DNA from: Betaproteobacteria bacterium
GTDB lineage: Bacteria; Pseudomonadota; Gammaproteobacteria; Burkholderiales; Burkholderiaceae_C
Assembly (NCBI GenBank): GCA_031410435.1
Contig: JANNZD010000281.1
Location: forward strand, 16,915-80,914
Length of the DNA: 64,000 nucleotides
Direction of reading: 5' to 3'
Positions 44,602-54,143 of this stretch are shown here, piece after piece. Both the position numbers and the translations under genes were made by a program. How positions within the stretch are numbered: position 1 is the first letter of the stretch; every line of letters starts with the position of its first letter. The notes below the pieces were generated by a model, which made no database searches, had not been told where the DNA came from, and saw only the letters and a program-made list of their open reading frames with translations.

Positions 44602-45743
44602 GCCGACCCCGCCAAAGGCTGGATGCGAATGGTCGGGCGGGTCAGGCGGGCTTGCACCTGGGTGCGGTCCTGCACCTCGCCGGCCAGTTGCCCGCAGGCG
44701 GCTTCGATGTCGTCGCCGCGGGTCTTGCGCACCGTGGTGACGATGCCGGCGTCCTGCAGCAGGCGCGCAAAGGCCGCCACCCGCTCGGGCGGCGAGCGCT
44801 TGAGCCCCGATGCCGGAAACGGGTTGAAGGGGATCAGGTTGAGCTTGCAAGGCACGCGCGGCGCGCCGGCCTTGCCGTTGACCAGCGCGATCAGCTCACC
44901 GGCCTGGGCCGGACCGTCGTTGACGCCATCGAGCATGCAGTATTCGAAGGTGATGAAGTCACGCGGCGCGGCTGCCAGATAAGCCTGGCAGGCCGTCAAC
45001 AGCGCCGCCAGCGGGTACTTGCGGTTGAGCGGCACCAGCTGGTCGCGCAGGGCATCGTTGGGCGCATGCAGCGACACCGCCAGCGCCACCGGGCAATCGC
45101 GCTGCAGACGCTCGATCATCGGCACCACACCCGAGGTGGACACCGTCACACGCCGGCGTGACAGGCCATAGCCGTGGTCGTCCAGCATCACGCGCAAGGC
45201 CGGCACCAGCGCCGCATAGTTCTGCAGCGGCTCGCCCATGCCCATCATCACCACATTGCTGATCACCCGTTCACCGGGGGCCAGCCCCAGGCGCTGGCGC
45301 AAATGGTGTTCGGCATACCAGAGCTGGGCGACGATCTCGGCGCTGCTGAGGTTGCGCGAAAAGCCCTGGTGGCCGGTCGAGCAGAACCGGCAACCCACCG
45401 CGCAACCGGCCTGGGACGACACACACAGCGTGCCGCGATCGGTTTCGGGGATGAAGACGGTCTCGACCGCATCGCCGCCGCCCACGTCGAACAACCATTT
45501 GATGGTGCCGTCGGCAGAAGCCTGTTCGCTCAGGATCTTCAAGGGCCGCACTGCGGCGGCCGTGGCCAGCTTGTCGCGCAGCGATTTCGCCAGGTCGGAC
45601 ATGGCGGCGAAATCCGCCACGCCCTTCTGGTGGACCCAGCGGAACAACTGCACCGCGCGAAAGCGTTTTTCGCCCAGCCCGGCGCACCAGGCGACCAGCC
45701 CTTCGAGATCAAAGCCCAGCAGATTGACCGGGTTAGCGGTCAT
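44598..45743 (-). CDS. rlmN: Dual-specificity rRNA/tRNA methyltransferase RlmN
   Basis: [15 protein letters not shown] radical SAM motif, [20 protein letters not shown]. Confidence 0.97.
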   Translation of the reverse strand: MTANPVNLLGFDLEGLVAWCAGLGEKRFRAVQLFRWVHQKGVADFAAMSDLAKSLRDKLATAAAVRPLKILSEQASADGTIKWLFDVGGGDAVETVFIPETDRGTLCVSSQAGCAVGCRFCSTGHQGFSRNLSSAEIVAQLWYAEHHLRQRLGLAPGERVISNVVMMGMGEPLQNYAALVPALRVMLDDHGYGLSRRRVTVSTSGVVPMIERLQRDCPVALAVSLHAPNDALRDQLVPLNRKYPLAALLTACQAYLAAAPRDFITFEYCMLDGVNDGPAQAGELIALVNGKAGAPRVPCKLNLIPFNPFPASGLKRSPPERVAAFARLLQDAGIVTTVRKTRGDDIEAACGQLAGEVQDRTQVQARLTRPTIRIQPLAGSA

Positions 45744-45801
45744 GGCCGGCAGCTCGGGGCTGAACGCAGTTGCAGCGATGGAGAGTCTGCCCGGCCGCCG
45801 G

Positions 45802-46227
45802 TCAGCGGCTGTAGACGTTCATGCCGGGAAAGAAGAACGCCACCTCGGCCGCAGCGGTCTCGGGCGCGTCGGAGCCGTGCACGGCGTTGGCATCGATGGA
45901 GTCGGCAAAATCGGCGCGGATCGTGCCCTTGTCGGCCTTCTTGGGGTCGGTGGCGCCCATCAGCTCGCGGTTCTTGGCGATCGCGCCTTCGCCTTCCAGC
46001 GCCTGGATCATCACCGGGCCGGAGATCATGAAGTCAACCAGGTCCTTGAAGAAGGGCCGGGCCTTGTGGACTGCATAGAACTGCTCGGCCTCGCCGCGCG
46101 ACAGGTGCGCCATCCGGGCAGCGATCACCTTGAGGCCGGCGGCCTCGAAGCGGGCGTAGATCTGACCGATCACGTTCTTGGCGACGGCGTCGGGCTTGAT
46201 GATCGAGAGCGTGCGTTCGATGGCCAT
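45802..46227 (-). CDS. ndk: Nucleoside diphosphate kinase
   Basis: [26 protein letters not shown]. Confidence 0.98.
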   Translation of the reverse strand: MAIERTLSIIKPDAVAKNVIGQIYARFEAAGLKVIAARMAHLSRGEAEQFYAVHKARPFFKDLVDFMISGPVMIQALEGEGAIAKNRELMGATDPKKADKGTIRADFADSIDANAVHGSDAPETAAAEVAFFFPGMNVYSR

Positions 46228-46266
46228 GTTTTCTCCTGAAGTCCTTGGGGCTAAGGTAAACCCGGC

Positions 46267-46296
46267 ATTCTAGCGTGGCCCGGTGTCAACACCGGG
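46267..46296 (-). promoter_or_regulatory. Putative ndk -10 (TAGAAT) plus 18-bp palindrome over the -35 region
   Basis: ATTCTA at 46267-46272; CCCGGTGT-CA-ACACCGGG at 46279-46296. Confidence 0.5.
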
Positions 46297-46340
46297 TCAG
46301 CGCCGAGCAGCCCCGCAAGCGCTGCGGGCCCGGATGGGCG

Positions 46341-48671
46341 TCAGCGCCCGCCGCGTCGGCCACCGCCGCCACCGCCACCGCCACCGCCGCTGCCGCCGCG
46401 GCGTCCACCGCCGCCACCGCCACCACCGCCGCCCCCGCCCCCGCCGCCATTGCCCTGAAACTTGCGGACAAAGGCATCGGCGCCGATATAGCCCATGGAC
46501 GTCTTCATCGGGTCCGGCTGGCCGCCAGGCGCGCCGCCGCCCTTGCGATGGCCGCCGTCCGCACCACCGCCACCAAAGCCGCGCGGCTTCTGGACAAAGC
46601 GCTTGTCATAGGTCTGCTCCAGCGGATTGGGGATCGGGCCGTCCTCGGGGATCTCGCGCCGCGGCTGGCGGGCCTCGCGGATGGCGCGCTTGTCGAAGGT
46701 CTGCATCAAGGGGTTGGGGATGGCCGCGAAGTTCTCGGTCTCGCGGTCCTCGTCATGATCGGGCGAAATGTCGGGCACCCGGTCGCGCCGCTCGTTGCGG
46801 CGTACCGGCGGCTTGTCATGGGCGCCGGCCGGGCCGGCCTGCCGGTCGGCGGGCCGTGGCGGCCGGTCGGGCCGGTCGCCCCGGTCGGGGCGTGGCGGCG
46901 GGCCGTTGCGGCGATTGTTGTTCTGGCCGGGCTGGGGCTGGCCGCCGCCCTGGCGCTGCGGCGGGCCGTCGCGCTGCGCGGTGGACGCACCGGCGGGGGC
47001 CTCCTGTCGCGCCGGCCGCGGGCTGGCAGCCGGCGCGTCACGCGCTGTGCCTGCCAGGCGCCGCACCTCGCGCACCTCGGCCTCGTTCAGGTCGACGAAC
47101 AAACCGCGACGCAGGCCGCGCGGCAACACGACACAGCCATAGCGGATGCGGATCAGCCGGCTCACGCCCAGGCCGACCTTGTCGAAGAGCTTGCGCACCT
47201 CACGGTTGCGGCCTTCGGTGATGACCACCCGGTACCAGCGGTTCACGCCTTCGCCGCCGCCGTCCTCGATGGACTTGAAGCTGGCGCGCTGGCCGTCGAT
47301 CTCCACGCCCTCGATCAGGCGCTGGCGGCCATCGGTCTCGAGCGTACCCAGCACCCGCACCGCGTACTCGCGCTCCACCCCGAAGCGCGGGTGCATCAGC
47401 TGGTTGGCCAACTCGCCCGAGTTGGTGAACAGCAGCAGGCCTTCGGTGTTGATGTCGAGCCGGCCGACCGATTGCCATTTGCCGTGCGGCAGACGCGGCA
47501 GGCGCCTGAACACGGTGGGGCGGTGCTGCGGGTCGTCATGGGTGACGACCTCGCCCACCGGCTTGTGGTAGGCAATGATGCGCGGCGGCGGCGGCGCGAT
47601 GCGCACCTTGATCAGCTTGCCGGCCACACTGATGCGGTCGCCAAAGGAGATGCGCTGGCCGGTGTGGGCCGGCTGGCCATTGACCATCACCTGGCCTTCA
47701 GCGATCAGGGCCTCCATGTCGCGGCGCGAACCGATGCCTGCCTGGGCCAGCACCTTGTGCAGCTTGGGCGCGTCGGGCTCGGCCGCCAGCACCCGGCGTT
47801 CGGGCATGCCGTCGCCCGGCAGCACCGCAGGCTCGGCGTCGTAATCGCCAGAAAGCACCGCCGCAAAGGTGTCGGCCGAGTTCAAGGGCAGGCTGGGGGT
47901 GGCGTCGGCTGCAGCGGGGTCGGCGGGCCGGTCCTCATCGTCGTCGTCGTCATCACCGGCGCTGGCCGTGACCAGCAGCAGGCCCGGCTCGTCTGGCGTG
48001 GTGGGGTCGCCGCGCCCGTCGCGATCGGCGCCGCTGCGCCGGCCGCGTCGGCGATTGCGGTTGCGTCGCCGCGATTCGGCCTCGGGGGTGTCGGCCGCAG
48101 CCTCGGCGCCCACGCCGGTCGCTGCCGCATCGGCATCGCCCTGCACTGGCGCATCGGGCTGACCCGGCTTGGCCGGCAGCTGCTCGGCCGGCGCATGCGC
48201 CGGCAGATCGGCCGCCGGCTGATTGGCCTGGGCCACCCGGGCCTGGGCCGCAGCCGGCGCATCCATCGGATGGTGCGCGGCTGCAAGCGCCTCATCAGGT
48301 TGCGGCTCGGCAGCTGCCGGCAGCGCGCGGCGGCGCGGGCGGGCTGGCCTGGCCGGCTCGTCACCGGCCACCACGGAACTTGCCGGGGCATCGGCCGTCA
48401 GGGGCAGCGGCGAGGCCAGGCCTTGCGGCACCGCAGGGTCTGCATCGGCAGCCAGTTCGACGGCCTTGCGCCGGGGTGCGCGCTTGGGCTTGAACACTTC
48501 ATCGGCGCTCGGCGCCACCAGGGCTGCCGGGCTGACCGGCGCAGCCGCCGCCTCGGCCTCCTTGACGCGCGGGCTGCGCTTGCGGCGCGTCTTGGGTGCC
48601 GCGTCGGCATCCCCCGGTGCGGCGTCGCCCGGCAGGTCGTTCATGGGCTGGTCTTGGTCTTGCGGGTTCAT
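46341..48671 (-). CDS. rluB: 23S rRNA pseudouridine synthase B with long N- and C-terminal low-complexity extensions
   Basis: S4 domain ([15 protein letters not shown]), [37 protein letters not shown]; follows scpB. Confidence 0.93.
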   Translation of the reverse strand: MNPQDQDQPMNDLPGDAAPGDADAAPKTRRKRSPRVKEAEAAAAPVSPAALVAPSADEVFKPKRAPRRKAVELAADADPAVPQGLASPLPLTADAPASSVVAGDEPARPARPRRRALPAAAEPQPDEALAAAHHPMDAPAAAQARVAQANQPAADLPAHAPAEQLPAKPGQPDAPVQGDADAAATGVGAEAAADTPEAESRRRNRNRRRGRRSGADRDGRGDPTTPDEPGLLLVTASAGDDDDDDEDRPADPAAADATPSLPLNSADTFAAVLSGDYDAEPAVLPGDGMPERRVLAAEPDAPKLHKVLAQAGIGSRRDMEALIAEGQVMVNGQPAHTGQRISFGDRISVAGKLIKVRIAPPPPRIIAYHKPVGEVVTHDDPQHRPTVFRRLPRLPHGKWQSVGRLDINTEGLLLFTNSGELANQLMHPRFGVEREYAVRVLGTLETDGRQRLIEGVEIDGQRASFKSIEDGGGEGVNRWYRVVITEGRNREVRKLFDKVGLGVSRLIRIRYGCVVLPRGLRRGLFVDLNEAEVREVRRLAGTARDAPAASPRPARQEAPAGASTAQRDGPPQRQGGGQPQPGQNNNRRNGPPPRPDRGDRPDRPPRPADRQAGPAGAHDKPPVRRNERRDRVPDISPDHDEDRETENFAAIPNPLMQTFDKRAIREARQPRREIPEDGPIPNPLEQTYDKRFVQKPRGFGGGGADGGHRKGGGAPGGQPDPMKTSMGYIGADAFVRKFQGNGGGGGGGGGGGGGGGRRGGSGGGGGGGGGGRRGGR
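46357..46450. repeat. Imperfect (CCG/CCA)n trinucleotide tract encoding the poly-Gly/RGG tail of RluB
   Basis: Directly visible; encodes [35 protein letters not shown]. Confidence 0.9.
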
Positions 48672-49441
48672 GCGTGCGCGTCGGGGGAGGAATCATCGGA
48701 CGCCGGCGGATGGGCCGGCGTGTCGTGGCCAGACGCCACAAGGGCCTCGGGCAGGGGGATCGAAACTGCTGCAGGGATGGGAAAGATCGCGCCGGCCGCC
48801 TGGGCCAGATGCCGGGCCAGCGGCTCGGCCTCGGCAGCCGCCAGCAGGCCCAGGTCGCCCTGCTGGCCCGGTTCATCGGCCAGCAAGGACGGCTGCCCGG
48901 CGCTGCCCGGGTCGAAGACGGCCACTGCGGGCGGGCCGTCGAGCACCGGCAACTGATCGAGACTGGCCAGGCCCAGATCGTCCAGGAACTGGCGCGTGGT
49001 GGCGTACAGGGCCGGCCGGCCCGGCGCCTCGCGGTAGCCGATCGCCTCGATCCAGCCGCGTTCTTCGAGTTGCTTGACGATCGGGCCGCTGACCGTGACG
49101 CCGCGGATATCCTCGATATCGCCGCGCGTCACCGGTTGCCGGTAGGCAATGATGGCCAGGGTTTCCATCGTGGCACGCGAATAGCGCGGCGGCTTCTCGG
49201 GGTGCAGGCGATCCAGAAACTCGCGCATCGCGGGCCGGCTCTGGAAGCGCCAGCCGGTGGCCAAAGTCACCAGCTCGACACCGCGCGGCGCCCAGTCGAG
49301 CACCAGTTCATCGAGCAGGCTGCGCAGCGTGTCGGCACCCAGCTGGTCGTCGAAAAGGTTGCCCATGTCGCGCAGCGGCAAGGGGTGCTGGGCGCAGATC
49401 AGCGCGGTTTCGAGCACGCGCTTGGCCTCGGAAGTGTTCAT
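48668..49441 (-). CDS. scpB: SMC-Scp complex subunit ScpB
   Basis: [51 protein letters not shown]. Confidence 0.95.
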   Translation of the reverse strand: MNTSEAKRVLETALICAQHPLPLRDMGNLFDDQLGADTLRSLLDELVLDWAPRGVELVTLATGWRFQSRPAMREFLDRLHPEKPPRYSRATMETLAIIAYRQPVTRGDIEDIRGVTVSGPIVKQLEERGWIEAIGYREAPGRPALYATTRQFLDDLGLASLDQLPVLDGPPAVAVFDPGSAGQPSLLADEPGQQGDLGLLAAAEAEPLARHLAQAAGAIFPIPAAVSIPLPEALVASGHDTPAHPPASDDSSPDAHA

Positions 49442-49743
49442 GAACTCCTGTTCACAGGGCGGGCGTTGACATCATCAACGGCCTGACTACATCGCTGGGT
49501 GCGCTAGGGTGTGCCGCAAATCAACTGTCGTGCGCCGGGCAATCGACGAGCAGGCAGTGCGCACAGGTTGGGACAGGGGCCGACGGCCTTGGACCGCTGC
49601 GCCCATTCAGATCCCGGTCTATGCCCTGGCGTCAGTGTTCTGCCTGCCGGGGCCGGGCCGCTGCCGGTTTGGGGCTGGCGGATCTGGCCGGTGCCCCGGA
49701 GCCGGGGAAACCCCGCAGCCCAAAGCACCATGCTTGGATGCTG

Positions 49744-49749
49744 ATTGTA
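49744..49749 (-). promoter_or_regulatory. Putative -10 (TACAAT) for scpB-rluB
   Basis: ATTGTA at 49744-49749, ~300 nt upstream of scpB and just past the rluD stop. Confidence 0.5.
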
Positions 49750-49804
49750 ACCCCGGAATCCGATGCTGGTTGCAGACCCCGGCGCAGCCGGCCGGCGCCC
49801 AGGC

Positions 49805-50788
49805 TCAATCCAGGTAGACCTGGCGCCAGGCTGCCGCCATATCGGTCGGCAAAGGCGCTTGAAACAACACTGCCGCACCGGTGGCGGGATGGACAAAGCC
49901 CAGCTCCACCGCATGCAGGGCCTGGCGGCTCAGGCCCAGCGCCGGCTTGCCGCCGTAGGTGGCGTCTGCCACCAGGGCATGGCCACGCGAGGCCAGGTGC
50001 ACCCGGATCTGATGGGTGCGGCCGGTGTGCAAGCGGCAGCGCAGGGCGCTGTAGCCACCGCGTGCGGCCAGGCGCTCGACATCGGTGCGGGCCACCTTGC
50101 CGCTGGCCACCACGGCCATGCGCAGGCGCGACGCCGGGTCGCGGCCGATGGGCGCGTCGATCACCAGTTCAGCCCAGTGCGCCTCGCCTTGGGCCAGGGC
50201 GAGGTAGACCCGCCTGACGTCCCGCGCCGCGATCTGCCGCACCAGCGCGGTCATCGCGGGCAGGGTCTTGGCCACCACCATCAGGCCGCTGGTGTCCTTG
50301 TCCAGGCGGTGCACGATGCCGGCGCGCGGCAGGGTGGCTGCCAAGGCATGGTGGGCCAGCAGCCCATTGAGCAGGGTGCCCGACCAATGGCCGGCCGCCG
50401 GATGCACCACCAGCCCAGCCGGTTTGTCGACCACCAGCAGATGCTCGTCCTCGTAGACGAGGTGCAGTGGCAGGGCTTCGGCGCGAAAGGCCTGGCTCTC
50501 TGCAGTGGGCACCAGCGCCAGGCGCAAGGCCTGCCCGGCCTTGAGCTTGCGTGCCGGGGCGGTTTGGGTCTGGCCGTCGACCTGCACATGGCCGCGCTCG
50601 ATCAGTTGCTGCAACCAGCTGCGCGAGAACTCGGGCGCCAGCGAGACCAGGGCCTTGTCCAGCCGCAACAGGTGCTGGTCGCGGGCCACCACCGCCTCGC
50701 GCACCTCGGCGTCGGCCTCGGCGTCGACCTCGGCATGCGTCAGCAGGCCGGCGTCATCGGGGGCAGTCAGGTCGGAGGGAGCGCACAT
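49805..50788 (-). CDS. rluD: RluA/RluD family 23S rRNA pseudouridine synthase; start uncertain
   Basis: RLDKAL..FSRS S4 domain, DKPAGLVVHP, GIVHRLDKDTSGL, TGRTHQIRVH; divergent from bamD. Confidence 0.93.
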   Translation of the reverse strand: MCAPSDLTAPDDAGLLTHAEVDAEADAEVREAVVARDQHLLRLDKALVSLAPEFSRSWLQQLIERGHVQVDGQTQTAPARKLKAGQALRLALVPTAESQAFRAEALPLHLVYEDEHLLVVDKPAGLVVHPAAGHWSGTLLNGLLAHHALAATLPRAGIVHRLDKDTSGLMVVAKTLPAMTALVRQIAARDVRRVYLALAQGEAHWAELVIDAPIGRDPASRLRMAVVASGKVARTDVERLAARGGYSALRCRLHTGRTHQIRVHLASRGHALVADATYGGKPALGLSRQALHAVELGFVHPATGAAVLFQAPLPTDMAAAWRQVYLD

Positions 50789-50794
50789 TAGAAT
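50785..50794. promoter_or_regulatory. Overlapping -10 boxes: TAGAAT (plus, bamD) and TAATGT (minus, rluD)
   Basis: Plus strand ACATTAGAAT. Confidence 0.5.
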
Positions 50795-50856
50795 CGGCGG
50801 GATTGCATCCCACAATGTCTGGAAGGACGCCGGCCGCACTGCGGTTGCCGACACTG

Positions 50857-51732
50857 ATGAGTCTGTTCAAGGTTCTGCGCCCCAAGGCGCCGCAAGACAC
50901 GCTGGATCATGCGCCCTGCCGCCTGGTCGCCACCGCGCCTGCCGGTTGGGCCAGGCACGGCCTGGCGCTGGTGATGGTGGTGCTGTTGGCGGCCTGCAGC
51001 AGCACGTCCAAGGACGAGGAACTGCGCAACTCGCCGGAGAAATTGTATGCACAGGCCAAGGACGACCTGACCTCAGGCAGCTTCGACGCCGCGATCAAGG
51101 CGCTGGAGCGGGTGGAAGGCCGGGCCTCGGGCACCCTGTTGGGCCAGCAGGCCACGCTCGATCTGGCCTATGCGCAATGGCGCACCAATGAGCGGGTGCT
51201 GGCGGTAGCCACGCTGGACCGCTTCATCAAGCTGCACCCGTCCAGCCCGGGCATGGACTACGCGCTCTACCTCAAGGGCCTGGTCAATTTCAATGACAAC
51301 ATGGGCTTTCTGAGCAGCGTTTCGCGCCAGAACCTGTCCGAGCGCGACCAGCAGGCCTCGCGTGATTCCTTCCAGGCCTTTGGCCAGCTGATCGAGCAGT
51401 TTCCGACCTCCAAGTACGCCGACGACGCGCGCGCCCGCATGGACTACATCGTCAATGCGCTGGCCGACTATGAAGTGCATGTGGCGCGCTACTACTACCG
51501 GCGTTCGGCCTTCCTGGCAGCGGCCAACCGGGCCCAGGTGGCCGTGCGCGACTACCAGCGGGCGCCCGCCACCGAAGAGGCGCTCTACATCATGGCGGCC
51601 AGCTATGACAAGCTCGGCCTGCAGACCCTGCGCGACGATACCGAGCGGGTGCTGAAGTCGAATTTCCCGAGTACCCGTTACTTCAAGGACGGCGTGCGGC
51701 TGCAAGACAAGCCCTGGTGGCAGTTCTGGTAA
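50857..51732 (+). CDS. bamD: Outer membrane protein assembly factor BamD (ComL)
   Basis: Lipobox LAAC, DLAYAQW, FIKLHPSS..DYALYLKGL, FPTSKYA, EVHVARYY, AAANRA. Confidence 0.95.
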   Translation: MSLFKVLRPKAPQDTLDHAPCRLVATAPAGWARHGLALVMVVLLAACSSTSKDEELRNSPEKLYAQAKDDLTSGSFDAAIKALERVEGRASGTLLGQQATLDLAYAQWRTNERVLAVATLDRFIKLHPSSPGMDYALYLKGLVNFNDNMGFLSSVSRQNLSERDQQASRDSFQAFGQLIEQFPTSKYADDARARMDYIVNALADYEVHVARYYYRRSAFLAAANRAQVAVRDYQRAPATEEALYIMAASYDKLGLQTLRDDTERVLKSNFPSTRYFKDGVRLQDKPWWQFW

Positions 51733-51774
51733 ATCCACCGGCCGCCGGCTGCGGCGCGGGCCCGGCTGGCGCCG

Positions 51775-53805
51775 TCAGCCTTCGGCGTTGAGCGCGGCCA
51801 TGCCATCGACCCAGGCCATGGCATCGGCCTCGGTGTCGAGCGTGCCCATCGGCGGCAAGGCGGCACGCAGCCTGCGCCCATAGGGCATCTGGCGCAGACG
51901 CGGGTCGGTGATCACCAACAGGCCCAGGTCGGTTTCGCTGCGGATCAGGCGGCCGGCGCCTTGCTTCAGTGAAATCGCCGCCTCCGACACGAAGTAATCA
52001 TTGAAGGGGTCGCCGCCGCGCGACGCCAGCTCCTTGCTGCGGGCTTGCACCAGCGGATCGTTGGGCGGCGGGAAGGGCAGCTTGTCGATGATCACGCATT
52101 GCAGCGCATTGCCGGGCACGTCGATGCCCTCCCAGAAACTGGCCGACCCCACCAGCACGCTGCCGGGCGTGTCAAGAAAGCGCTGCAGCAGCGTGCGCTT
52201 GGGGTGGCTGCCCTGCACCAGCACCTGCAGCGTGTGGCCGGCCGCCAGGGCGGTGGCGCTGAGGGCTTCGGCGATCAGCGGCAAGACCCGCAGTGTGGTG
52301 GTCAGCACAAAGGTCCGGCCGCCCAGGCGGCCTGCCAGGCGCGCCGCCAGCGCCCCCACGGCCGCCGGGTGGCCCGGCTCATTGGGCTTGGGAAAGCGCG
52401 GTGGCACCCAGGTTCTGGCGTGGTTGGGGTAGTCGAAGGGGCTGCCCACGCGCAACTTGCGGGCGTCTTCAAGCGCCGCCGATTCGGTAAACCAGCGCAG
52501 ATCGTCGTCGCTGCCCAGCGTGGCCGACGTGAAGATCCAGGCCCGGGGCGCGGCCGCGCGTTGCTCAGTGAACAGATCGCGGATGTGCAGGGGGGATTCG
52601 ACCAGCCGGGCATCGCGCGGGCCGATGTCGATCCAGCGCACCCGGTCGGTGGCGGCGGCCAGCTCGAAGCCGTGGGCCAGCTGGGCCATGCGTCGGGCAC
52701 GCTCGACCAGGCGGGTGAAATCCGGTGCGGTGGCCTCGACCAGCAGGGCCGCGTCGCGGGCCGCATCGGCCGCGTCGGCCAGGCCGGCCAGCGCCTCGGT
52801 AAAACTGTCCTGATCGGCGCGCTCGTCCCAGCGCAGCTTCATCATGCCCTTGACGTCGCGCAGCGGGCCGGCGCAGGCCAGCCGCAATTCGCGCGCCGCC
52901 CGGTCCAGCCCACTGGCCAGGGCCTGCCAGTCGGCCAGGCCGCGGGCATGGCTCAGGCCGGCGGCCAGCAGGTCGCGGCCACAGTCGATCACCTGATTGG
53001 TGGACAACATCGTGCCCAGGAACTGCAGCCCGGTCTCCACCAGCTGATGGGCTTCATCGAAGACCGCCGCATCGACCGTGGGCAGCAGTTCGGCCACGCC
53101 GCTGTCGCGCAACGCCAGGTCGGCAAAGAACAGGTGGTGGTTGACCACCACCAGGTCGGCGGCCATCGCCTCGCGGCGGGCCTTGACCACATGGCAGTCG
53201 CGAAAGCGCGGGCATTCCTGGCCCAGGCAGTTGTCGCGGGTGGAAGTGACCAGCGGGATCACCGGCGAGCGGTCATCCAGCCCATCGATCTCGGCCAGGT
53301 CGCCGGTCTGGGTGGCCTGGGCCCAGGTCTCGACCCGGGCCAGGGCCCGCACCGCAAAACGGTCGGGCAGGCTGCCGGTTTCGCGCGCCTGCTGCAGCCG
53401 GTGCAGGCACAGGTAGCTGCTGCGTCCCTTGAGCAGCGCCAGCCGCACCGGCAGGCCCAGCGCATCGCGCAGGCGCGGCAGGTCGCGCAGAAAGAGCTGG
53501 TCTTGCAGGCTCTTGGTCGCGGTGGACACCAGCGCGCGTCGGCCCGACAGCAGCAGGGGCACCAGATAGGCAAAGGTCTTGCCCACCCCGGTGCCGGCTT
53601 CGGCCACCAGGGTGGCCCGCTCATCGATGGCCCAGGCCATGGCCTGGGCCAGGCGCAACTGCGGTTCGCGCTCGACAAATCCCGGGTCGGCCGCCGCCAG
53701 GGCGCCGTGCGGCCCCAGTGCGTCGGCGGTGGCCCGCGCCAGCGCCCCGTCCGACACGGCCGGACCGCCCGCAGCATCCAGGTCAGCAGCGCCGGCCTGC
53801 GTCAA
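51775..53805 (-). CDS. ATP-dependent DinG/YoaA family Fe-S helicase; start uncertain
   Basis: REPQ Q motif, EAGTGVGKT, KGRSSYLC, CLGQECPRFRDC, FDEAH, TSATL, FWEGID, KLPFPPP, QGAGRLIR. Confidence 0.93.
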   Translation of the reverse strand: MTQAGAADLDAAGGPAVSDGALARATADALGPHGALAAADPGFVEREPQLRLAQAMAWAIDERATLVAEAGTGVGKTFAYLVPLLLSGRRALVSTATKSLQDQLFLRDLPRLRDALGLPVRLALLKGRSSYLCLHRLQQARETGSLPDRFAVRALARVETWAQATQTGDLAEIDGLDDRSPVIPLVTSTRDNCLGQECPRFRDCHVVKARREAMAADLVVVNHHLFFADLALRDSGVAELLPTVDAAVFDEAHQLVETGLQFLGTMLSTNQVIDCGRDLLAAGLSHARGLADWQALASGLDRAARELRLACAGPLRDVKGMMKLRWDERADQDSFTEALAGLADAADAARDAALLVEATAPDFTRLVERARRMAQLAHGFELAAATDRVRWIDIGPRDARLVESPLHIRDLFTEQRAAAPRAWIFTSATLGSDDDLRWFTESAALEDARKLRVGSPFDYPNHARTWVPPRFPKPNEPGHPAAVGALAARLAGRLGGRTFVLTTTLRVLPLIAEALSATALAAGHTLQVLVQGSHPKRTLLQRFLDTPGSVLVGSASFWEGIDVPGNALQCVIIDKLPFPPPNDPLVQARSKELASRGGDPFNDYFVSEAAISLKQGAGRLIRSETDLGLLVITDPRLRQMPYGRRLRAALPPMGTLDTEADAMAWVDGMAALNAEG

Positions 53806-53893
53806 ACCCGGCCCCCGCTGCCAGGGGCGCGTGCCGCGCTGGCCCTGGCGCCGCGCGCTGGGGGGTGCGCACTGGGGGGCAGCCCGGCGCGTC

Positions 53894-54115
53894 TCATGCC
53901 GGCTCGGGCGGCGAGAGGTCGTTCTCGAGCCGAGTGATCTGGTCGCGCAGCCGCAGGCGCCGCTTCTTGTAGCGGCGCATCGCCAGGTCGTCCAGCGGCG
54001 CCTGCGCGGCGGCGCGGTCGATCAGGCTGTCCAGATCGGCATGTTCCATGCGCAGTTCGATCAACCGCCGCGCAGGTGAATGCAGGTTGAGATCGTCGGG
54101 TTCGGCCGGGTCCAT
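53894..54115 (-). CDS. DUF465 (YdcH-like) small coiled-coil protein
   Basis: LIELRMEHADLDSLID..MRRYKKRRLRLRDQI pattern; ATG 54115. Confidence 0.85.
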   Translation of the reverse strand: MDPAEPDDLNLHSPARRLIELRMEHADLDSLIDRAAAQAPLDDLAMRRYKKRRLRLRDQITRLENDLSPPEPA

Positions 54116-54125
54116 GAAGGGGGTG

Positions 54126-54135
54126 AGTTTATAGT
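54126..54135. promoter_or_regulatory. Overlapping -10 boxes: TATAGT (plus, PP2C) and TAAACT (minus, DUF465)
   Basis: Plus strand AGTTTATAGT in a 28-bp divergent gap. Confidence 0.55.
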
Positions 54136-54143
54136 CTGGGCCC

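Noticed and set aside
46284-46289. TTGACA as the ndk -35
   Set aside because: Only 11 bp from TAGAAT, too short for sigma70.
48668-49441. scpB without adjacent scpA or smc
   Set aside because: Split scpA and scpB-rluB loci are common in Betaproteobacteria.
49504-49731. 76-aa minus-strand ORF (MVLWAAGF...) in the scpB leader
   Set aside because: No SD, no recognisable domain, typical GC-noise composition. Not excluded as a uORF but unsupported.
53810-53893. G-runs (CTGGGGGG x2) as a G-quadruplex or repeat
   Set aside because: Too few well-spaced G tracts, and expected in GC-rich DNA.
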